From an uncultured Candidatus Saccharibacteria bacterium (GTDB lineage Bacteria; Patescibacteriota; Saccharimonadia; Saccharimonadales; 2-12-FULL-41-12), in contig CAMTYB010000001.1 in NCBI GenBank assembly GCA_947085855.1, positions 85,788 to 149,787 on the forward strand: a stretch of DNA of 64,000 nt, given 5' to 3'. Under the pieces are notes generated by a model. That model had not been told where the DNA came from, searched no databases, and saw only the letters and a list, made by a program, of their open reading frames with translations. Positions 49,761 to 58,589 of the stretch are shown one piece after another. A program made the translations under genes and the position numbers. Each line of letters opens with the position of its first letter. The stretch's first letter is position 1.

Positions 49761-51761
49761 ATGAAACTCTTTCTCAGTACACCAAAAAGTACCAAAAACA
49801 AAAAAGTTACTAAAAAATCGACCAAAAGCCGGTCCAAACGAGGCAACAGCAAAAACAGTCTGCGCCAAGTATTAATCGGCAAAGGTCCAAACGTCTTACC
49901 ATATCGCCGCTTTTCTAATCGAAAAGCGGTTTTTGTTGTAATCGGCATGGCTATTGTAGGTATCGCGACCGTGATCTACACCTTGGCAGCGACCACAACC
50001 GTTAATACCACCGTGGAAGCCGAAAATATGACCTGGAACCGGGGCGTTACACAACGCTGGAGCCCTAACAATATCGTCGGCAAAGCACTATACTGGAACG
50101 CCACAGGCACAAGTACGGTGCAACTACCTGTTAACGCCACGAGCTTCTCGGTGTACGTCAAAGGCGATCAGTGTGACGGTGCACCCGTCCTCAAAGCAAC
50201 AATGGGTAATTATGAAATACTCAATAAAGCAGTGACGAGCAAGAACTGGACCAAGTACTCTGTTGCAATTGATCCAAAAATTGCCGTAGCAGGCAAGCAC
50301 AACATTAACCTCAGCTTTGCGAACGATTACGTAAGATACGGAACCTGTGACCGTAATCTATATATAGACAAAATAATCTTCACCGGTGTCAAAGAGATTC
50401 CCGTCGTAAATCCAAAGCCAAGTGAACCAAAACCGTCGACCACACCGGCGCCAAAATATAATCCGAGCGCTCAATACAACATCATTATGATTGGCTGGCG
50501 CCCATATGAGAAGGACTACGCTCAGCTCGCCAACAATAACACTAATCTTGTGTACCGCTCGATTCACAGGACAGCATCTGGCAACAAAGCTAAGTTTGAG
50601 CTGTGGGATAAGATGGGCTACAAGTACTTCAATAATGTCGCCGGATCCGACTGGGCCTCCAGCGGTAAAGGTGGAGCCTGTAAAAATATCCCGCTCGCAT
50701 ACATGGACAAACCTTACAGCGAAGAGCTCATTAAGCGCTCTAACAGTGTCGGCTACTACATGCATGAGATGGCCTCCTTGAATGCGGCTTGTAATGGCTG
50801 GAATTGGGCAAATGCTGCCGAAGGACTCGACTGGGCCAAAATCAATACCTATATGATCCAAGCGCGTGCCCAAAACAAGAAAGTGGTCTGGTCCGAACCA
50901 GCCCAAGGCTGGTCGGCCCTCAACAATAGCCCGTCCTTTAAATATTACGGTCCACAGTGGAAAGATGTCCTCGTTCCAATGTTTGCTACCAACTTCCGTA
51001 CTCCGTCCTTTGACCACGTCCCAGCTGCCCGTTCTGCTGCCGTAACAGCCTCTACAAAGCTTGGAACGCCCGTGGGGGCCAGTGTTCAGTCTTGGTACTT
51101 CCGCGAGGGCTACAACGACCTTACAACTGCTGCTACAGTCAAATTGGCCAACATGGGCCTCGAAGTCGGCGCCAAATACTATCAGATTGAAGGCACCTAC
51201 ACCGATATGGCGTGGGGGACAGACTACATGAACGGCATCTTGGCCTTTAGCAAACAGCTCGGCGCCCAAGCCGTCACTAAACCACAACCGGCACCAGCCA
51301 CCCAAGCTCCGCCTACCGCTATTGCTAAGAAACCGCTTTACCAACTTTGGAATAACGTTGTCAGCGACCATATGTACACATCCGACGCAAGCGAGAAAGC
51401 CCGAATTTTGGCGGCCAAACAGTACGTCGATCAAGGTATCGCCGGCTATCTATACGACAAACAAGCAACTGGCAGCACACCCTTGTATCGAATGTGGGTA
51501 GCCAAGACCACGAATCATTTCTATACGGCCAGCAAACCCGAGCGTGACAACGCTATTAAGTCCGGCGCCACCGACCAAGGTATTGTCGGCTACATCATGA
51601 CCAGCCAAGTCGCTGGCACCTCACCACTCTACAGACTCTACAGCGCGAGCTACCCAGACCACTATTACACCGCCGACAATAATGCCAAGCAAAGCGCCCT
51701 GCAAAGCTTCCGCAAGTACAAAGACGAGGGCAACGTCGGCTACATCTTTAGCAAGCCGTAG
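49761..51761 (+). CDS. Membrane-anchored surface protein with a CBM-like module, a central domain and three C-terminal ~45 aa repeats
   Basis: Lys-rich N-tail followed by the TM AVFVVIGMAIVGIATVIYTLA. VEAENMTW...DRNLYIDKIIF resembles CBM6/35-type modules. Pro-rich linkers are present. The C-terminal repeats follow the pattern PLY(Q/R)(L/M)...(D/N)H(M/F/Y)YT...GxxGY(L/I). Confidence 0.7.
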   Translation: MKLFLSTPKSTKNKKVTKKSTKSRSKRGNSKNSLRQVLIGKGPNVLPYRRFSNRKAVFVVIGMAIVGIATVIYTLAATTTVNTTVEAENMTWNRGVTQRWSPNNIVGKALYWNATGTSTVQLPVNATSFSVYVKGDQCDGAPVLKATMGNYEILNKAVTSKNWTKYSVAIDPKIAVAGKHNINLSFANDYVRYGTCDRNLYIDKIIFTGVKEIPVVNPKPSEPKPSTTPAPKYNPSAQYNIIMIGWRPYEKDYAQLANNNTNLVYRSIHRTASGNKAKFELWDKMGYKYFNNVAGSDWASSGKGGACKNIPLAYMDKPYSEELIKRSNSVGYYMHEMASLNAACNGWNWANAAEGLDWAKINTYMIQARAQNKKVVWSEPAQGWSALNNSPSFKYYGPQWKDVLVPMFATNFRTPSFDHVPAARSAAVTASTKLGTPVGASVQSWYFREGYNDLTTAATVKLANMGLEVGAKYYQIEGTYTDMAWGTDYMNGILAFSKQLGAQAVTKPQPAPATQAPPTAIAKKPLYQLWNNVVSDHMYTSDASEKARILAAKQYVDQGIAGYLYDKQATGSTPLYRMWVAKTTNHFYTASKPERDNAIKSGATDQGIVGYIMTSQVAGTSPLYRLYSASYPDHYYTADNNAKQSALQSFRKYKDEGNVGYIFSKP

Positions 51762-51785
51762 CTTCCGGTCTAAACTCAGCACAGA

Positions 51786-52400
51786 ATGAACACAAGAAAA
51801 ATACTAAAGATCACCGGTATAACTATCGCTAGCATTGTTTTTGTCATAGTTTCTGCAGGCTTTGTAGCCGGTCGATACGCAATTGGTTCTTTCGAGTTTC
51901 CGTGTACCTATCAGAATACTCAGGGCAAAAAAGTGTACAGAAAGATAGAAGACGACTTGAAGGGTATAACTATTCAAGGCAATGGACCAACACATGAGTC
52001 AAAGGATATGAGTATCGATTGCCTCGACGGTAGTCTACATAATCTTATGTCTCTTACATACAGCTACAAGCTATCCTCATCAATAAGTCTTATGGATGCT
52101 GAGGCAGCCGTACTGGCTAACGATCGCCTGAGGAAGGCAGCGACCACGCAGATCACACCCAATCTCGACAGCGGATTTACAGTTCCAGGCTTCAAGGCAA
52201 CTTACAAAGGCGATACCAACCAGGACTACGACGTTTCATACTACTTTAAACAGCCAGTAGTATGTATGAAAACTGATGTACCACCCGAGCAAAGAGTCAA
52301 TCACTGTAAGGACGCGACACTAGTCCAAGACTTCAAATTACTGGAGCAGCCGATCCACGAGATTACAATTAGCCGACCAGAAGTTCCAAAACCAAGATAG
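51786..52400 (+). CDS. Hypothetical membrane-anchored protein
   Basis: N-terminal TM ITGITIASIVFVIVSAGFVAG. No other motif recognised. Confidence 0.55.
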   Translation: MNTRKILKITGITIASIVFVIVSAGFVAGRYAIGSFEFPCTYQNTQGKKVYRKIEDDLKGITIQGNGPTHESKDMSIDCLDGSLHNLMSLTYSYKLSSSISLMDAEAAVLANDRLRKAATTQITPNLDSGFTVPGFKATYKGDTNQDYDVSYYFKQPVVCMKTDVPPEQRVNHCKDATLVQDFKLLEQPIHEITISRPEVPKPR

Positions 52401-52519
52401 TAATCTGCATTTTATTGCGCTCATTGTCACACGTTACGTCCGCCGCCATAAGATGATTCGGGGCCTCCTTGTTTACAGATTAACTCCTTACAGGTAGAAT
52501 AAGTAAGTTCTTTTAATAA

Positions 52520-52594
52520 TCCGGGGTAGCTCAGCGGTAGAGCGGGTGGCTGTTAACCACTAGGTCGAAGGTTCGAATCCTTTCCCCGGAGCCA
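52520..52594 (+). tRNA. tRNA-Asn (anticodon GUU), CCA encoded
   Basis: Manual cloverleaf: acceptor TCCGGGG/CCCCGGA, D arm GCTCAGCGGTAGAGC, anticodon stem GGTGG/CCACT with loop CTGTTAA, T arm GAAGGTTCGAATCCTTT, discriminator G, then CCA. Confidence 0.9.
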
Positions 52595-52601
52595 ATGTAC
52601 T

Positions 52602-52632
52602 CACTTCGCAACAGCGGAGTGTTTTGTTTTTT
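52602..52632 (+). terminator. Rho-independent terminator after tRNA-Asn
   Basis: CACTTCGC-AACA-GCGGAGTG followed by TTTTGTTTTTT. Confidence 0.75.
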
Positions 52633-52867
52633 GCTAGGTTTATATACGAGCACTAAACTCTTGAAGCCTTCTATTGACAGGGTCGAGATTAGTCGAGCTG
52701 ACATACATAAACTACATACAACACACGGCATTCCAGCAGGCATGGTTCGTGAAGCCTGTATTAGAAATGGTGTTTTATTCCCAGAAAGAGAGTATCTCAG
52801 CGCCCAACGAGATCACGCGCAGCGGTCCTAATTCATATCATGTTAATGCAACTGATATAGTAATTGT

Positions 52868-53701
52868 ATGAAAAGCGTGCATTTCTTAAATGGCCAGCTT
52901 GTCACAGAGGACCATTTATTGATATCACCCCGTGACTTGGGATACTCGCGCGGTTATGCCGCCTTTGAGTTTATGATTACCTCAGATGGTCAACCGTTTA
53001 TGATGGACAGGCACATAGACAGGCTCTTTGATTCTTGTCAGACTATCTCGCTGAATGTGCCTTGGTCAAAACAACAGGTCGCCAACTGGGTACAACAAAT
53101 CATTGAGGCAAATGAGCTGCGCAACGAAGATATGGTTATGCGCATTATTATTTCTGGCGGATCATCCGGAACACTTACGCCGGCGAAGACACCTACCATT
53201 GTTATCATCGTCGAAGCCCGAATGACATGTCCTCCGGAAGATTATACGAATGGAGTCCGTATTTTACTCACTGAATTCGATCGATACGAACCCCAGGCTA
53301 AGACAACGAACTATGTGCAGGCAATTCGTGTAATGAATACTGCCCCGCGTGATGTTGATGAAATTATTTACTTCTCCAACAATATGGTGCAAGAAGGCAC
53401 GCGGTGCAATATATTCGCGGTGATAAACGGTATACTAACCACACCTAAAACAAGGATGTTAGAAGGCATCACACGCGGCATCATACTAAAGGATTTAGAA
53501 TTAACCACTCAGACCGAATCTCGAGACTTTACTGTTCAGGAACTACTCAGCGCACCCGAGGTATTTATTACCGCCACAGGCAAAGAAGTCATGCCAGTCA
53601 CTAAAATAAATGACGCGCTCGTAGGGGACGGCGCAGTAGGCGACATTACTAAAGAAGTTATGTCCAAATTCAAGAATTTCTTTGATTCGTACAACCGCTG
53701 A
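52868..53701 (+). CDS. Class IV (fold type IV) PLP-dependent aminotransferase (BCAT/D-amino-acid aminotransferase/ADC lyase family)
   Basis: GYSRGYAAFEFM, the Lys-containing PQAKTTNY, EGTRCNIFAV and MLEGITRG are the characteristic family blocks. Confidence 0.8.
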   Translation: MKSVHFLNGQLVTEDHLLISPRDLGYSRGYAAFEFMITSDGQPFMMDRHIDRLFDSCQTISLNVPWSKQQVANWVQQIIEANELRNEDMVMRIIISGGSSGTLTPAKTPTIVIIVEARMTCPPEDYTNGVRILLTEFDRYEPQAKTTNYVQAIRVMNTAPRDVDEIIYFSNNMVQEGTRCNIFAVINGILTTPKTRMLEGITRGIILKDLELTTQTESRDFTVQELLSAPEVFITATGKEVMPVTKINDALVGDGAVGDITKEVMSKFKNFFDSYNR

Positions 53702-54517
53702 CTAGCTCCACAAAGACAACGTGCCACCTTGCTGCGACATGAAGGTGGTTAAGCCCAATCGTGGTCTGTCTGATTTGATCTCATCGACCTGATGAAAATT
53801 GCGAGTTTTGAATACCACTAAATCACCTTCTGATGGTAGTACCGAAGCATAGGGTGTGTCACCCAAAAAGCCTTCGGTAAATCCGAACGTACCCTTTTCT
53901 ACATAATCACGGTTGTAACGTTCGTCTTCTGGAGTCCAGGGGCGATCATATATGTTTAACTCTCCGCCTGCTGCTGGCATTTGAAGGTACAATACGAGGC
54001 CAAATTGCTCATCTGCATTAGCGACACTCCAGCCAGGAAGTTGTTTTGGAGCATAATCAAAGTGCAACGTACTTTTTGCACCCATAGCCCGAATAAGGCC
54101 TGCAAAGTATCGGGCTTCTGCTAGCTCGGACTCTGTTGCTATTTTTGTATCAAACCCATGCCCAAATAACTCAAGTATTTTACTGATAGGACTCTGGGTG
54201 CCTTCAAATATTTCATCTCGATCTTCCTCGGCTGCCGGCGTTGCGTCAAAGTACTTTTTCTTGCCGTCAGGTTCGTGGCTAAATCCAGTAGCGTTAATGC
54301 CGATTCTTCCTTGTTCGTTTGTTTTGTTGGCATACCAGGCTATTGCTTTGTCTTCCATATTAGCTTTGATTACGGCTAATTCTTGCTCACCCAAAAAGTG
54401 TCCGATTTTAATAGCGGCAATTTCATTCCTTGCTAGCTCGGGTAACAGCGCGCACGCTTCTGCCGAGTTATCTGGACCTAACTGTAATACATCCCATTGA
54501 TTTTCTTTGCTCGCCAT
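53702..54517 (-). CDS. Putative Fe(II)/2-oxoglutarate-dependent oxygenase-like protein
   Basis: The candidate facial triad is H-x-D in TLHFDYA plus a distal His in TRNFHQV. An RLGLTTF stretch follows (R-x-S/T-like 2OG anchor). This is pattern-level evidence only. Confidence 0.5.
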   Translation of the reverse strand: MASKENQWDVLQLGPDNSAEACALLPELARNEIAAIKIGHFLGEQELAVIKANMEDKAIAWYANKTNEQGRIGINATGFSHEPDGKKKYFDATPAAEEDRDEIFEGTQSPISKILELFGHGFDTKIATESELAEARYFAGLIRAMGAKSTLHFDYAPKQLPGWSVANADEQFGLVLYLQMPAAGGELNIYDRPWTPEDERYNRDYVEKGTFGFTEGFLGDTPYASVLPSEGDLVVFKTRNFHQVDEIKSDRPRLGLTTFMSQQGGTLSLWS

Positions 54518-54639
54518 ATACGCTCCAATATAGTTTGATACATAGCCTGAATGATTTTATTGTAACATAATTGCGAATTGTCAAATGACACATTTTCGTA
54601 ATAGCATACGAAATGTGTATTATGATATAAGATAACTCC

Positions 54640-56091
54640 ATGAAAACTGTTAATGTACTCCTCGTTGGCGTTGGCCCCCATGCTAGGCGTATTTATGTTC
54701 CTGCGTTATTTAAGTTTGCATCAGATCTTCCGGTCCGCTTAGTTGCAGCCGTGGACTTAAAACGCCAAAAAGACACCATTGACACATACCTCCAAAAGCA
54801 AGGATATGAACTAGAGATGCTGTATCTTGATTCTTTTGATGCGACAGCCGTCATTCCCGATCACGCCAGAGCGATACTTGACGCGCTAGTCAAGAAGTTT
54901 GATATCCAAGGAGTGGTCATCTCCACGGAACCTACCGTTCATAAGGCATACGCTGAATGGGCCCTCGGCAATGGGCTGAACATTCTGATGGATAAACCTA
55001 TTTCGGCTAGAAAAGCGATTAGTGTTGACCATGCGCAAGCTAGTGGGTTGATCGATGACTATAACGAGCTTTTAGACCTCTACAAAGCACATCAATCTGA
55101 CAAATCAATTCTTTTTTCTATAAACGTCCAAAGACGATACGACCATGGCTTTGACAAGGTTAAAGAATTAATTGCTGAAACCACACAAAAATTTAATGTA
55201 CCAATTACCTCAATGCAAGTTATGCATGCCGATGGTTCATGGAGATTCCCAAAAGAGATACTGACACAAGAATCTCATGGTCTTTCTGATGGTTTTGGGA
55301 AAGTGTCACATAGTGGCTACCATTTGTTCGATATGGCGTGGCAGTTATATAAATCTAGCCTTGTGCCCGAAAAGCAACCGGATGGCATGGAGATTTTTTC
55401 TTCTGCTTTCAATCCCACAGGACTTGATGTTTGCATCAATGAAAACGATTACATTAGGTATTTTGGAGATGACTTTGAGCGAACGGGCCTTTCTTCCCAG
55501 CAATATCTAGAAACGGTTGCCGACTATGGTGAGATGGATTCGTTTAATGTCATCCGACTAATGAAGCAGGGAATTAATATTTGTAATATTTCTGTGAATT
55601 TACTTCACAGCAGTTTTTCAAGACGTTCTTGGGCTACACCAAATACCGATTTTTATAAGGGTAACGGACGAGTAAAACATCAGCAATTTATAATTCAACA
55701 AGGCCCGTTTCAGTGTGTTCAGATTCATAATTACCAATCCAAGCATGAACATGACATAGATAATTCTAAGGAGTTTGGCGTGGGTGGCAATAACCACTTT
55801 GATATTTACGTATTTCGTAATGTTGGCATGTATGGCTACGGCGAGGCCTTCACTAAAATATCTTCTCTAGACCTAGAACAACAAGCTGACGCGCCTGGGC
55901 TTACCATCGAAAATGCCAAATACCGTATTATCCGTGAGTTTATCGAGTTTATGCTCGGAAACATTCCATTACAAGATGCGAGATCCAACATCGACACCCA
56001 TGCAGTACCGGTAAAGATACTGAGTGGCGTATGTCAGTCTAACGCCAATATGCATACCGATCGTAATCCGCTCATTCGTATATCACTATGA
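54640..56091 (+). CDS. Gfo/Idh/MocA-like NAD(P)-dependent oxidoreductase with an extended C-terminal domain
   Basis: N-terminal Rossmann pattern VNVLLVGVGPHARRIYVPAL. TEPTVHKAYAEWALGNGLNILMDKP matches the family EKP block. Confidence 0.65.
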   Translation: MKTVNVLLVGVGPHARRIYVPALFKFASDLPVRLVAAVDLKRQKDTIDTYLQKQGYELEMLYLDSFDATAVIPDHARAILDALVKKFDIQGVVISTEPTVHKAYAEWALGNGLNILMDKPISARKAISVDHAQASGLIDDYNELLDLYKAHQSDKSILFSINVQRRYDHGFDKVKELIAETTQKFNVPITSMQVMHADGSWRFPKEILTQESHGLSDGFGKVSHSGYHLFDMAWQLYKSSLVPEKQPDGMEIFSSAFNPTGLDVCINENDYIRYFGDDFERTGLSSQQYLETVADYGEMDSFNVIRLMKQGINICNISVNLLHSSFSRRSWATPNTDFYKGNGRVKHQQFIIQQGPFQCVQIHNYQSKHEHDIDNSKEFGVGGNNHFDIYVFRNVGMYGYGEAFTKISSLDLEQQADAPGLTIENAKYRIIREFIEFMLGNIPLQDARSNIDTHAVPVKILSGVCQSNANMHTDRNPLIRISL

Positions 56092-56738
56092 GCGGAACAA
56101 TATACTTGATGGGCGGCGGAGAACTTAGAGACGGTGATACCCAGCTAATTGACGAGGACATACTGTCTTGGGCACCAAAAGGTTCTACATTTGTTTTCTT
56201 TGGGTTCGCTTCACAAGATAGTACCGACTATGCCGACACCGTCAGGTCTGTATATGGAAACAGATACACCGTAGTAGTGCCTACAGAAGCAAAAGGGAGA
56301 GATTTTGCGATTGACGCTATAAAGTCGGCTGCTATTATCTACTTTGGCGGCGGTAATACTGAGGAATTGTTGCGACTATTTGCCGACTGGGGCCTTCTAG
56401 AGTATTTACGGGTTGCCGTTGGTCGAGGGGTGCATATTGCGGGAATGAGCGCAGGCGCACAGGCGTTATCTACGTGGTATGTGCATGAGGGTAACGATAT
56501 TTTTGAACTTCGTAAAGGTTGGGATATTGTCCCCGTTGGTGTCCTAGTACATGCTGATCGGACTTCGTTCGGTATGGCCAAGATACTATGGTCTGAACAT
56601 GGTATGACCGGCAAATATCCCTTTGTTGCAATTGGAGAAAGTGCCGCATGGCGCATGGGTACCTTAGAGGATACAAAGGTAGGTTTGGGTAATATTTGGA
56701 CAATAGCTGTCAGTGCTAAAGGGCCTAATCGAAGCTAA
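56088..56738 (+). CDS. Peptidase S51/type-1 glutamine-amidotransferase-like protein (dipeptidase E/cyanophycinase family)
   Basis: IYLMGGGE, IYFGGGNTEELL and the nucleophile block IAGMSAGAQ. The start overlaps the upstream stop (ATGA). Confidence 0.7.
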   Translation: MSGTIYLMGGGELRDGDTQLIDEDILSWAPKGSTFVFFGFASQDSTDYADTVRSVYGNRYTVVVPTEAKGRDFAIDAIKSAAIIYFGGGNTEELLRLFADWGLLEYLRVAVGRGVHIAGMSAGAQALSTWYVHEGNDIFELRKGWDIVPVGVLVHADRTSFGMAKILWSEHGMTGKYPFVAIGESAAWRMGTLEDTKVGLGNIWTIAVSAKGPNRS

Positions 56739-56813
56739 GCGCACAACAGCTTAGTATAGTTACCTATTCGTGATATTATAGAATAACTTCATCATATTTA
56801 CTAGTTTAGGTTT

Positions 56814-57485
56814 ATGAAGATTGAATTTGTAATGAGTGAAGATATAAATAACATATTTCGAAATGTTAAAGCTGAAACGCAGTGCCCATTTGCTAAGTCA
56901 GCTACTATCACATTTGCACGTTCGATTGAAGCTGAATTTACTGTACCCGAAACCGCACAGCAACTTTATGAAGATATCGCCACGTATGTCCAAGAAGGTA
57001 TTGCCACAGCACCAGATGGCATAGCAGTAGCTCTGCCCAATAATGTTATTGGAGATGATTTTATATCCTTAACTTCAGGCTTTAAATCTCTTTACCACGC
57101 TCTAAAAATAGAAGATGGATCTAACGAAGAAGCTATAGCTACCGAGAACATTGATGATTCGGACTGGCAGCTAACGATAGTCGGACAACGTTTATTTACG
57201 ATTGTTTTTAGCTCATTATATCCCGCGGACAATCCTCGTCATATCCATGAAGCCAACACTACATTTGTATTTTTTCAACCTGTACAAAGTTTTAACACAC
57301 GAATACCATTCGATAAGGACAGCGCAGAATTCAAGAGACTGAAAGCGAACATTCGAGCTCGTTTTACTAAAGCGGGACTGGCGTACGATGGAGCCATCAA
57401 TGACGACCCACGTGAAGCCGCAAAATATCTGTCACCACCCCATTTGGGCATGCAAGCAGTACAGTGGTGGAAAGGCGATAGTTAA
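56814..57485 (+). CDS. YqcI/YcgG-family protein
   Basis: N-terminal CPFAK motif. The C-terminal block LFTIVFSSLYPADNPRHIHEANTTFVFFQPVQSF resembles the family's conserved core. Recognition is by memory of the family pattern only. Confidence 0.6.
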   Translation: MKIEFVMSEDINNIFRNVKAETQCPFAKSATITFARSIEAEFTVPETAQQLYEDIATYVQEGIATAPDGIAVALPNNVIGDDFISLTSGFKSLYHALKIEDGSNEEAIATENIDDSDWQLTIVGQRLFTIVFSSLYPADNPRHIHEANTTFVFFQPVQSFNTRIPFDKDSAEFKRLKANIRARFTKAGLAYDGAINDDPREAAKYLSPPHLGMQAVQWWKGDS

Positions 57486-57488
57486 TAC

Positions 57489-58589
57489 ATGCAATCTATA
57501 GAATCTTCGTTTCTTGAATATCATCATGATAATGGTTTCGTGACACATGAATCTTTTCCGCTCGTCATTGATGATCCCACGGTTTTGTTTACCAATGCCA
57601 CCATTACTCCGTTCAAGCCGATGTTTGCAGGTGAGACGGAATTTTCTAATTTTGCCCTCGTTCAAAAATGCCTTCGCCTAGGTGGTACTGGCGGCAATGT
57701 TAACACGGCTCGTTTGAATACAAATTACACCTCACTGTTCAATATGCTTGGCAGCGGTTTCTTTAATGTGCATCACGATAAAGCGGTAGACTATTTTGTT
57801 GATATGCTAGGTGCTGTTGGACTGGAGCGGCGCAATTTACTCTTCTCGTCAATTGGTGGTCATGCCTTGGACGCATCGTTAAAATCTTCGTCGCTCGATC
57901 CGTCTCAGATTCGTAGTATGGATCCCGAAACATTGCAGCACGAGTGGAGCTTTGGGGAGGGCGACCTACACGGAATCGGGATAATAGCATGGTTTAATGC
58001 AGATGGTTACGATCAGACTACAGCGCTATCTGACTGCTTGCAGATCGGCAGGATCGTGCATATTGATGGCGTTTCAGAAAATGGATCGGTAAACCGGTTT
58101 GAACATACTGCCTTTGACGTGGGCTTGGGCTTGGGCAGGGTTGAACAAGCTCTGACTGGCGAAAGTGAATACGCCATGATGCCATTGAGAAAACTCTCGG
58201 AGCAATTTAAACGCTCCTTTGAAAACATCTCTGACGAGGACGCTCATTACATGGCAAATCTTTGTCGCATAACTGACGAGCTGACTGCGGAAGGCGTAAT
58301 GCCAGGCAATAAAAAGCATGCTTATGTACTTAGGAAAGTTATTCGCTCGCTTATTGAGGAAGCTTGGTTGCAGTCCGGAAGTTTTGTGGACGTCGAAGAC
58401 GTATTAGGCCATTTCATTGAAGAGGCTCAGTTTAAACCTAGTGTGAAGGCAGCGCTATCAAGCGAACAAGATGCTTTGCGTCGCATACTCTCTCAAGTAG
58501 AAGATAGGCGTAAAAAGCACCCTGATATGACGCTCAGCGACTTACATTCAACCTTTGGCATTAAGCCCAGTCTGCTTAGTCTACTGTAA
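57489..58589 (+). CDS. Truncated, divergent alanyl-tRNA synthetase paralogue (catalytic core only; no editing or C-Ala domains)
   Basis: It aligns by eye to the AlaRS N terminus. FLEYHHDNGFVTHESFPLVIDDPTVLFTNATITPFKPMFAGE corresponds to F..FF..KGH....SSL.P..DPTLLFTNAGMNQFK. QKCLRLGG corresponds to QRCVRAGG, FNMLGSGFF to FEMLGNFSFG and DVGLGLGRVEQAL to DTGMGLERI. ELTAEGVMPGNKKHAYVLRKVIR corresponds to [22 protein letters not shown]. It is 366 aa versus about 870 aa for a full AlaRS. Confidence 0.8.
   Translation: MQSIESSFLEYHHDNGFVTHESFPLVIDDPTVLFTNATITPFKPMFAGETEFSNFALVQKCLRLGGTGGNVNTARLNTNYTSLFNMLGSGFFNVHHDKAVDYFVDMLGAVGLERRNLLFSSIGGHALDASLKSSSLDPSQIRSMDPETLQHEWSFGEGDLHGIGIIAWFNADGYDQTTALSDCLQIGRIVHIDGVSENGSVNRFEHTAFDVGLGLGRVEQALTGESEYAMMPLRKLSEQFKRSFENISDEDAHYMANLCRITDELTAEGVMPGNKKHAYVLRKVIRSLIEEAWLQSGSFVDVEDVLGHFIEEAQFKPSVKAALSSEQDALRRILSQVEDRRKKHPDMTLSDLHSTFGIKPSLLSLL

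Noticed and set aside
50358-51434. A 358 aa ORF on the - strand
   Set aside because: It lies entirely antisense to the 695 aa surface-protein gene, which has clear domain structure and repeats. The antisense translation is Gly/Arg/Val-rich and low-complexity with no motif, so it is a shadow ORF.
52595-52871. 78 aa and 65 aa ORFs immediately after tRNA-Asn, considered as possible integrase remnants or a small island gene
   Set aside because: The first starts inside the tRNA terminator, neither has a motif or a plausible start context, and no similarity to recombinase boxes (R..H..R..Y) is visible.
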